Origin: an archaeon BMS3Abin17
GTDB taxonomy: Archaea; Nanobdellota; Nanobdellia; Pacearchaeales; GW2011-AR1
Direction: 5' to 3'
NCBI GenBank assembly: GCA_002897655.1
Contig: BDTJ01000038.1
Coordinates: 66,689-130,688 of the forward strand
DNA length: 64,000 nucleotides
Under the pieces are notes generated by a model. The model was not told the origin of the DNA. It ran no database searches and was given only the letters and a program-made list of their open reading frames with translations. Positions 19,021 to 25,864 of this stretch are shown here, piece after piece. How positions within the stretch are numbered: position 1 is the first letter of the stretch; the number at the start of each line of letters is the position of its first letter. The translations under genes were made by a program, and so were the position numbers.

Positions 19021-19330
19021 AACTACCTCTACTCTTCTTTTGTTCTCCTAAAACAATTTTATCACGTTTAAAGTAAAATCGGGGGTCTTCCTCTATTTTT
19101 ATAAGACTTTTTTCAAGGAGTCCTTCCACAGCCTCTCTTGCAGCGGTTAATCCAATATCTCCTTGACTAGTACGTCTTGCATCCAAACCCCTTGCCAAAT
19201 ATGCATCCATATAAACACTTCTCAAATCCTTAATAATCTCTTCAATCCTATGATATTTTTTAGGATAAGCCTTAACTAAAAGCAATGCTTCATCTTCATA
19301 TTCTGTTAATTTTTCATCCATTTTCTTCAA
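19010..19330 (-). CDS. Putative winged-helix DNA-binding protein
   Basis: 106 aa; first gene of the minus-strand operon; weak wHTH-like pattern only. Confidence 0.3.
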   Translation of the reverse strand: MKKMDEKLTEYEDEALLLVKAYPKKYHRIEEIIKDLRSVYMDAYLARGLDARRTSQGDIGLTAAREAVEGLLEKSLIKIEEDPRFYFKRDKIVLGEQKKSRGSFGG

Positions 19331-19423
19331 TTATCCTTTACATCAATCCTTTATAAATATTACTATATTGTTACCTCTCCACAATAACTACAGGATGGAA
19401 AAGTTTATAAATCCCAAATTTAT

Positions 19424-20101
19424 ATGAAAATCATGACAAAGAAATCAAAAAGCATTTACACACCTTCTGTAATAATAGAAGGATTTTGGGAGATTCCAGG
19501 AGTTAATTATAAAGGCAAAAATAAAACTTACAGGATTTTTGAAAAAATGGCTCCTGCAATGAATCATGATGATTTAACAGAGTATTCTATTAAAGAAAAG
19601 AAAGAAGGAAATCCTCATCTAGCAGATTCTATTTTACATTTTTCTATTTTTGATGCATCTTATAAACTTAGAAATAAGCACTCACAAGATATTGAAGGGC
19701 TTAGAAAATTTCTTCAATCAAGCCTTAGGAAATATCCAAATACTTCTACAAGAGTAGTTTATAATCCTCAAGAAGAATTAGATAACATAATTCATAATTA
19801 TGGAACTCCTGATGAATACATTTTAAGAGGAAATTTTGTTGGAGATGATGGTTGGATTAGAAACATAAAGCATAAAAAAGTTTTAACATCTCTTTTAGGG
19901 ACAGATAATATTAAAAAAATAAATGAAATTTCTCAATGGTTAACTAACACTAATACTTATCTTTGGAGATTAAATTCAAAACCACTACAAAAAGACGAGG
20001 GAGTTGTCGGGTTCGGCGCCTATTCCCTCAGGCTTAGCCTCTACTGCGACAGGTTTCCCGCTAATTGGTGTCCTGCTTTTCGGGTATTAGAAGTTAAATA
20101 A
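19424..20101 (+). CDS. Hypothetical protein (3-prime end may be spurious, overlaps GC-rich repeat copy 1)
   Basis: 225 aa ORF, no recognisable domain; last ~30 codons lie in a GC-rich segment repeated non-codingly downstream. Confidence 0.35.
   Translation: MKIMTKKSKSIYTPSVIIEGFWEIPGVNYKGKNKTYRIFEKMAPAMNHDDLTEYSIKEKKEGNPHLADSILHFSIFDASYKLRNKHSQDIEGLRKFLQSSLRKYPNTSTRVVYNPQEELDNIIHNYGTPDEYILRGNFVGDDGWIRNIKHKKVLTSLLGTDNIKKINEISQWLTNTNTYLWRLNSKPLQKDEGVVGFGAYSLRLSLYCDRFPANWCPAFRVLEVK
20003..20090. repeat. GC-rich 88-nt element, copy 1 (candidate structured RNA / element boundary)
   Basis: ~55% GC in a ~30% GC genome; ~80% identical to 20588-20675. Confidence 0.5.
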
Positions 20102-20587
20102 GCTTGAAGTTTTGCTCGCCGGCAGAAAATTATAAAAGATTTCTGGATTTAAGGGAACTGCAAGATAAATTCCACAATTTAGTATTTGACGCTTGTAAAT
20201 TTTGGGTGGTTGTTATAAGTAATTAATTAAGGAACAATTAGTGAAAGGGTGTTCGCTCTAAGATATTAAGAGTTAATAGATTACAATAATCTCGGAGATA
20301 AGTAAGGCAGTAATTATCTTCTAAAATTAGCTTAACATCAACACAAAAAAATTTAAATGAGTTTTTCTTGTTATTCTTGCTCAAAAAGTTTTCTTCCTTG
20401 AGCAAGAAGGAAACTAGATGGATTACACGCCATTTAACTAGCACATTATTAAGATTTATTTTAAGTCATGAAATTCAACCCCGACAATTAGTAGTTGAAA
20501 AATTATGAAAATTGAAGGAGTGGTGCTTCCTTTGAAGAAATTCACTGACTAGGAGACTCCCTATAGGAGAAGTTAATTGGCTATAAG

Positions 20588-20675
20588 TTGTCAGGTTCAA
20601 CGCCAATTCCAACAGGCTTAACCTCAACTGCAACAGGAATCCCGCTAATAGGTATCCTGCTTTTCGAATAGTCTA
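20588..20675. repeat. GC-rich 88-nt element, copy 2
   Basis: Direct imperfect repeat of 20003-20090; intergenic. Confidence 0.5.
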
Positions 20676-20701
20676 TCTGGGCATTTTTATAAGAAGAATT
20701 A

Positions 20702-21430
20702 TTATTTACAGCTCTTCATAGGCTGTTTTTTCCACTTATTCTTGATTTTTCTCTCAATACACTCGACTTTTCCGTCTTTGAGTTTGTATATTATTTTTGC
20801 GTGTTTTCTTGCTAATTCCGGATCATGAGTAACTATAATTATTGTTTTCCCTTTTTTGTTCAGGTTATCCAAAAATTTCATTACATTCTCACCAGTCTTT
20901 GTATCAAGATTTCCTGTAGGCTCATCTGCTAAGATAACTTCAGGATTATTTGAAAGGGCTCTTGCAATAGCAACTTTTTGCTGTTGCCCTCCTGAAAGCT
21001 GATTAGGATAATGATCCATTCTGTCTTTTAAATCAACAAGTTTGAGCAACTCTTCTGCCCTTTCTCTTCTCTCTTCTTCTGAAATTTCCTGAAACAGCAT
21101 AGGAAGCATAATATTCTCTTTTGCAGTAAGATTAGGAATTAGATTAAACTGCTGAAAAATAAAACCAACTTTCTTACCTCTTATCTGGGCTAAATCAGAT
21201 TCACTCAAATCCTTTATATCCTGCCCACCAAGATAAATATCTCCTTTTGTAGATAAGTCAAGACTTCCAATAAGATTCATCCCAGTTGACTTTCCACTAC
21301 CACTAGGCCCCATTATAGCAATAAAATCTCCTTCTTCTATTGAGATATTAACACCATCAAGTGCCTTGATTGTCTCTTCTCCCATCTCATAGTATTTTGC
21401 TGCATTTTTCAGTTCAATTATATTCTTCAT
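20702..21430 (-). CDS. ABC transporter ATP-binding protein (MacB/LolD-type)
   Basis: 242 aa; Walker [10 protein letters not shown], signature [15 protein letters not shown], Walker B ILADEPT, H-loop. Confidence 0.85.
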   Translation of the reverse strand: MKNIIELKNAAKYYEMGEETIKALDGVNISIEEGDFIAIMGPSGSGKSTGMNLIGSLDLSTKGDIYLGGQDIKDLSESDLAQIRGKKVGFIFQQFNLIPNLTAKENIMLPMLFQEISEEERRERAEELLKLVDLKDRMDHYPNQLSGGQQQKVAIARALSNNPEVILADEPTGNLDTKTGENVMKFLDNLNKKGKTIIIVTHDPELARKHAKIIYKLKDGKVECIERKIKNKWKKQPMKSCK

Positions 21431-21587
21431 AAAATTAAGCTATGCCCTTTATATTTAAATCTAACTAATAACCAATAGCAAGTTTTAAAAAATAAACAAA
21501 AGGTTTAAAAAACACTTTCAATCTCTATAATATAAGTAAATTTAGATTAATTAATATAGTTAATAGGAGCTTAAAATCATTATACCG

Positions 21588-21773
21588 GTGCGTTGTTTCA
21601 GTTGCGGAAAACCAATTGGCCACTTGTGGGAAGAATTCAAGAAAAGAAGAGACTCAGGAGAAAATATCCAAAAACTTTTAGAGGAATATGGGTTAGAGAG
21701 ATATTGCTGCAGAGCAGTTTTTCTAGGACAACAGGACTTAATCAAGCTTGTTGGAAGATTCAAAAAATCTTAA
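21588..21773 (+). CDS. rpoN: RNA polymerase subunit Rpo10 (RpoN)
   Basis: 61 aa; RCFSCGKPIGHLWEEF...RYCCRAVFLGQQDLI matches RpoN/RPB10 zinc bundle; GTG start in track, in-frame upstream codons ATC ATT ATA CCG would restore the canonical IIPVRCF N-terminus. Confidence 0.8.
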   Translation: MRCFSCGKPIGHLWEEFKKRRDSGENIQKLLEEYGLERYCCRAVFLGQQDLIKLVGRFKKS

Positions 21774-22027
21774 TTAACCTTCCATTTTGAAATATAATCA
21801 CACTTGCTGCAGGTTACTGACTTTATATTGCTCTTGATTCTTATTTTTGGTTTATCATAAGGAGTCAGGCATTTCTTGCAGAATTTTTTCCTCAAATCCT
21901 TTAATTGTATGCTGTTTTTCATTGCAAGTTTTTTTATTTTTTTAACTTGTTTTGGCGTTTTATTTTTTATATCAGAGAAAAAATCACTTATTTGTTTCTG
22001 AGCTTCTGTTTTTGATAGTTTTTTCAT
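21770..22027 (-). CDS. RNase P protein subunit Rpp21/Rpr2-like (zinc ribbon)
   Basis: 85 aa; ...RKKFCKKCLTPYDKPKIRIKSNIKSVTCSKCDYISKWKV resembles Rpr2 C-x2-C...C-x2-C zinc ribbon. Confidence 0.5.
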   Translation of the reverse strand: MKKLSKTEAQKQISDFFSDIKNKTPKQVKKIKKLAMKNSIQLKDLRKKFCKKCLTPYDKPKIRIKSNIKSVTCSKCDYISKWKVN

Positions 22028-22188
22028 CTTTTCTTTTTTAATTGTATCCTACCTTTCTTTATTTCAGTTTTTAATTCATCTCCTTCTTTAAAACCAGCAC
22101 CTTTAATATCTTTTTCGGGAAGAACTATTATGTATTTGTGATATTCTTTATCTTTATATTTTCTTGATAATCTTTTTTGAATTTTCAT
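22024..22188 (-). CDS. AbrB/SpoVT-like swapped-hairpin small DNA-binding protein (unannotated sORF, 54 aa)
   Basis: Hand translation MKIQKRLSRKYKDKEYHKYIIVLPEKDIKGAGFKEGDELKTEIKKGRIQLKKKR; stop overlaps Rpp21-like start (ATGA). Confidence 0.4.
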   Translation of the reverse strand: MKIQKRLSRKYKDKEYHKYIIVLPEKDIKGAGFKEGDELKTEIKKGRIQLKKKR

Positions 22189-22264
22189 GTAATTACGTGT
22201 TAAACATTATTTATAAGTTTTTAGGAGCCGAAAAGTTTATATAGTTTAGGAGCCTAAATATATT

Positions 22265-22960
22265 ATGAATTATGAAGAAATCTTAAAAAATGAAAAGAAG
22301 TCTAAAATTCTAGTAAGAATAGTTGCCCATTTAATGGGAGATGGTTGCGTGACAAAAAGATATTTTGCTTATTACAATAAAGATAAAATTTTATTAGAAA
22401 ATTTTGAAAAAGATGTTCTTAATCTTTTTAAGAAGATTCATTTCACTCGTGGCAGGACTAATTCTGGAACAAGTTTTTTAATGATACAAAACAAACCATT
22501 ACTCAATTTCTTAAAATCATTAATCAGTGATTATAGAAGCCATCATTTATATCTCCCTAAATTTATTAAGAATAAAGAATTTCAAAAAGAGTTCTCACAA
22601 TCATTTTATGATGACGAAGGATGTGTCGCTTTAAGGATTTTTAAGAAGACTAAGGAGACTAAGGAGACTAAGGAGATTAAGAGAAATGTAACCTTATCAT
22701 CTAATTCGTTAAAACTAATACAAGAGATTAAACAAATATTAAAAAACACTTTTGAAATAGAGTCAAATAAAATATCTAAATATGTCAAGAAAAGAGATTC
22801 AAAGATATATATCAATTATGTTTTATCTATTACCGGAAGAGATAATTTTGTAAAATTTAGAGATAAAATCAATTTTACCCACCCAACCAAAAGTAGAACG
22901 TTAGATAAGATGATTGCTTCATATATTAGAATAGTAAAGTTTAAAAATAAAGATAAATAG
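22265..22960 (+). CDS. Free-standing double-motif LAGLIDADG homing endonuclease-like protein
   Basis: 231 aa; motif 1 AHLMGDGCV, motif 2 FYDDEGCVAL; KETKETKETKEIK linker encoded by tandem 9-nt repeat. Confidence 0.7.
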   Translation: MNYEEILKNEKKSKILVRIVAHLMGDGCVTKRYFAYYNKDKILLENFEKDVLNLFKKIHFTRGRTNSGTSFLMIQNKPLLNFLKSLISDYRSHHLYLPKFIKNKEFQKEFSQSFYDDEGCVALRIFKKTKETKETKEIKRNVTLSSNSLKLIQEIKQILKNTFEIESNKISKYVKKRDSKIYINYVLSITGRDNFVKFRDKINFTHPTKSRTLDKMIASYIRIVKFKNKDK

Positions 22961-22968
22961 ATATCTTT

Positions 22969-23083
22969 GAAGACGGCCATAGTAGTTAGGAAACACCTGT
23001 TCCCATTCCGAACACAGATAGTTAAGCTAATTACGTCGTTTGTATTAGTGCCCTACAAGGTGCGAAGCATCGATGCTGTCTTT
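22969..23083 (+). rRNA. 5S ribosomal RNA
   Basis: Contains CCCATTCCGAACACAG and GTTAAGC motifs of archaeal 5S; helix I AGACGGC/GCTGTCT; ends approximate. Confidence 0.8.
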
Positions 23084-23230
23084 CACTTTTTCCTTTTTAA
23101 ATCTTGCTGCCTAATTTTTATTCTTATATAATGAATAATAATGCTTAAAAATAGAATTTAGATGATTTTAATAGGGCAGGAGTAATCAGTGACAAGTCTT
23201 TCGGGATTTACACTGGCTTGTTCTGCCTTT

Positions 23231-24235
23231 TTATTCTATATTCATATATTCTATAAGTTCTTCTTTAGTTGTGGTGGCTGTTCCAGCCTTTCCAACAACA
23301 ACTCCTGAAGCATAATTTGCTAATTCAATTGCTTGAATTGGGTCTACTCCACTAGCCACACCTAAAACATATGCTGCTGCAGAAGTATCTCCAGCTCCTG
23401 TCTCATCTTTCACTTCCTTTGCTCTTGTTGGAATTAATTTGTGAATATCTTTATCTCTGTCATAGAAAAAAGCACCATCCTTCCCACAAGTTATTACTAC
23501 ATATTTTGAATTAATCTTCTCAGATAAGATGCAACCCATTTTGTAAAGTGTATCCGGCCCATTACTATATTCTATTCCACTCATTTTTTCTGCTTCATGT
23601 TTATTTGGGCAAATAATTGTGCAATTTTTAAAATGATTTAAATTTTTTGGTTTTATATCTGCTAATGTTTTAATCCCTTTAGAATTTGCATGATGGATTA
23701 TATCATATGCAAGGCCACTTCCAAATATATATTTATCATAATCAGAAAATATAATAAAATCATAATCTTCCATCTCTTTTTTAACAGAATCTATAATATT
23801 ATTTTTTAATTCATCATTTATTTTATTTAACTTTTTCTTTTCACTATTTATTCTGCAGACTTGTTGTCTGTGTGCCATTATCCTCTCTTTCACAATTGTT
23901 GGTTCATCATTATAATATGCTTTAAAGTTTATACCCCTTTCTTCACAAATTTTTTTAATCCTTTTTCCATACCCATCTTCCCTTTTTTCACTGTTTACAC
24001 CTAAAATTCCATATAAACAACATTTTGCTCCAAGAGACACTATATTATTTGCAACATTTCCAGCCCCTCCAAGCGCATATGTTTCTTCTATTGAATCTAC
24101 ATTGGGTGCTACAGGTTGTTCAGGATTTATTTTATTGACTTCACACCATCTAAAATAATCCAACATAATATCTCCAATAACTAATATTTTTTTATCTTTA
24201 AAACCATCAAGAATTTTTATCACTTCTTTTATCAT
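23231..24235 (-). CDS. PfkB-family carbohydrate kinase, RfaE/HldE domain-I-like (heptose-7-phosphate kinase-like)
   Basis: 334 aa; KILVIGDIMLDYF...NPEQPVAPNV resembles RfaE kinase N-terminus; C-terminal PfkB motif DETGAGDTSAAAYVLG. Confidence 0.6.
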   Translation of the reverse strand: MIKEVIKILDGFKDKKILVIGDIMLDYFRWCEVNKINPEQPVAPNVDSIEETYALGGAGNVANNIVSLGAKCCLYGILGVNSEKREDGYGKRIKKICEERGINFKAYYNDEPTIVKERIMAHRQQVCRINSEKKKLNKINDELKNNIIDSVKKEMEDYDFIIFSDYDKYIFGSGLAYDIIHHANSKGIKTLADIKPKNLNHFKNCTIICPNKHEAEKMSGIEYSNGPDTLYKMGCILSEKINSKYVVITCGKDGAFFYDRDKDIHKLIPTRAKEVKDETGAGDTSAAAYVLGVASGVDPIQAIELANYASGVVVGKAGTATTTKEELIEYMNIE

Positions 24236-24289
24236 AAAAGGAGATATTTTTTTGTTTTATAAGTTTTATTTAGGAAGAATATAGATTAT

Positions 24290-24372
24290 GCGGAAGAAAG
24301 GATTCGAACCCTCGTAAGCACTAAGCTAACACGCCCTTAACGTGTCCCGTTTGACCACTCCGGCACTTCCGC
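24290..24372 (-). tRNA. tRNA-Leu, apparent anticodon AAG (type II)
   Basis: Hand fold: acceptor GCGGAAG/CTTCCGC, anticodon stem ACACG/CGTGT with loop TTAAGGG, long variable arm, T arm GAGGG-TTCGAAT-CCTTT; paralog of tRNA at 10439. Confidence 0.65.
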
Positions 24373-24404
24373 GTAATTCCTAAACCTAATTTATATTTAA
24401 AAAA

Positions 24405-24704
24405 CTATAGAAAACTAAACAATCCTTTCTGTATGATTAAAATACCTACTATAATGCCTATTATTGAGGGGATTGATACTACTGTGAGCAGAATAAATAT
24501 CCCGCCTGTTATGAAATCAATCCAGCTTGCAAAGTCTTTTAGCAATCCAAGAGAGGCCTTGGTCAAAAGAATAATTCCTAATATTAGAAAAACCTTGCTA
24601 GAAAGACTGGCTCTCAATATTAAGATTAATCCTGCAATTATATCAATTATCCCAAATGCTTTCAATAACATCATTTTTAAATAAACCGTACATTTAAAAA
24701 ACAT
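24405..24704 (-). CDS. Small integral membrane protein, hypothetical
   Basis: 99 aa, 3 predicted TM helices; annotated start abuts tRNA-Arg, true start may be internal Met. Confidence 0.3.
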   Translation of the reverse strand: MFFKCTVYLKMMLLKAFGIIDIIAGLILILRASLSSKVFLILGIILLTKASLGLLKDFASWIDFITGGIFILLTVVSIPSIIGIIVGILIIQKGLFSFL

Positions 24705-24831
24705 GCGCTTGTAGCTCAGTTGGATTAGAGCGCGTCCCTCCTAACTTCAAGAACGCAAGTTCTTGGGGTGCTCACGATTGCAGAGCAATAGAGACAGGAC
24801 GAAGTCGTAGGTTCAAGTCCTACCAAGCGCG
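24705..24831 (+). tRNA. tRNA-Arg (anticodon CCU) with ~52-nt intron at canonical 37/38 position
   Basis: Hand fold: acceptor GCGCTTG/CAAGCGC, D arm GCTC-AGTTGGATTA-GAGC, anticodon stem CGTCC/GGACG, loop CTCCTA|intron|A, T arm GTAGG-TTCAAGT-CCTAC; followed by T7 run. Confidence 0.75.
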
Positions 24832-24840
24832 TTTTTTTAA
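24832..24840 (+). terminator. Oligo-T archaeal-type terminator after tRNA-Arg
   Basis: gttttttt immediately 3-prime of discriminator base. Confidence 0.4.
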
Positions 24841-24922
24841 GGAAATAAGATTTAAATTATAATTTAGTATAGTGGTAGTAATAAATAGGAAGATTTATAA
24901 TTCTTCTATTCTTTAATTCATT

Positions 24923-25765
24923 ATGCCTATTTTTATAAAACTAAAAGATAATGATAGGATTAAGTTATTTAGGTCAATAAAAGAAAAAATAAATATTTCT
25001 TGGGATAGTTTTTATCCTTCATTAGGTATAAGACGTTCCATGTTTTTCCATTATTTATCTGGAAAACATAATTTACCTCAAAAATTATTTTTTAAACTAG
25101 AAAGAATAGCAAGATTAAAGATAAGTAATTATGGAGAGGTCAAGCAAGTTAAATATGTAAAAAAAGAAATCAGAGAACCTAAAATGGATATATTTCTTGC
25201 TGAAATTCTTGGAGTACTTAATGGGGATGGGCATATTTCTAATTTTAAATATGAAGTCTGTGTGGTTGGAGATATTAAAGAAAAGAAATATAGTAATTAT
25301 TTGAAGAAACTATTTGAAAAAACATTCGGGATTTCATTTACAATTTATAAAGGAAAATCTTATTTTAAACTTAGAAATTATTCAAAAGAGATTTCCTGTC
25401 TTCTAACTAAAAAATATAATTTGCCAAAAGGAAATAAGATTGGAAAATTAAGAATTCCAAAACAAGTATTAAAATCAAACAATTTACTTATAGCTTATAT
25501 TAGAGGGTTATATGATACCGATGGAAGTTTTTATATAAGAAGGAAGAAAGAACCAGTGGTTCAAATAACAAGTGCAGATTCTTTATTTTTAAGTGAAATT
25601 AGAGATGCTTTAATCTCCTTGAATTTTAATGCAGTCAAGGGAAATCAAAGAATTTTTATATATACAAAAAATCACATTGATAACTTTTTCAAAATCATAA
25701 GACCCGCAAACTCCAAACATTTAAAAAAGTATCAAAATTACCTTAAATTAAGTAAGCGTGGGTAG
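24923..25765 (+). CDS. Free-standing double-motif LAGLIDADG homing endonuclease-like protein with N-terminal extension
   Basis: 280 aa; motif 1 ILGVLNGDGHIS, motif 2 IRGLYDTDGSFYI; ~90 aa N-terminal region of unknown (possibly DNA-binding) function. Confidence 0.7.
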   Translation: MPIFIKLKDNDRIKLFRSIKEKINISWDSFYPSLGIRRSMFFHYLSGKHNLPQKLFFKLERIARLKISNYGEVKQVKYVKKEIREPKMDIFLAEILGVLNGDGHISNFKYEVCVVGDIKEKKYSNYLKKLFEKTFGISFTIYKGKSYFKLRNYSKEISCLLTKKYNLPKGNKIGKLRIPKQVLKSNNLLIAYIRGLYDTDGSFYIRRKKEPVVQITSADSLFLSEIRDALISLNFNAVKGNQRIFIYTKNHIDNFFKIIRPANSKHLKKYQNYLKLSKRG

Positions 25766-25852
25766 GTCAATGGCAGACTCCGAGCCTTCCATAATCTTTT
25801 AGAATCTTCTTGAAGAGAGCTCGTTATCCGGGTTCGAATCCCGGCCGGCGCA
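25756..25852 (+). tRNA. Probable tRNA-Gly (anticodon UCC) with ~26-nt intron at 37/38
   Basis: Hand fold: T arm CCGGG-TTCGAAT-CCCGG and acceptor 3-prime CCGGCGC clear; 5-prime GCGTGGG pairs with one G-G mismatch and one G-U; D arm GGTC/GACT; anticodon stem CGAGC/GCTCG perfect; loop CTTCCA|intron|A; overlaps last 10 nt of LAGLIDADG ORF. Confidence 0.45.
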
Positions 25853-25864
25853 TTTTAAAGAAAA

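Noticed and set aside
20238-20444. 68-aa minus-strand ORF inside the GC-rich repeat interval
   Set aside because: It is short and low-complexity, and it overlaps the strong 11-bp hairpin. It is more likely non-coding sequence of the candidate RNA or element than a gene.
20600-20640. Resemblance of ggcttaacctcaactgcaacagg to the 16S rRNA 620-region (GGCTCAACCTGGGAACTGCAT)
   Set aside because: Only a loose, short similarity. There is no flanking rRNA sequence, so it is treated as coincidence.
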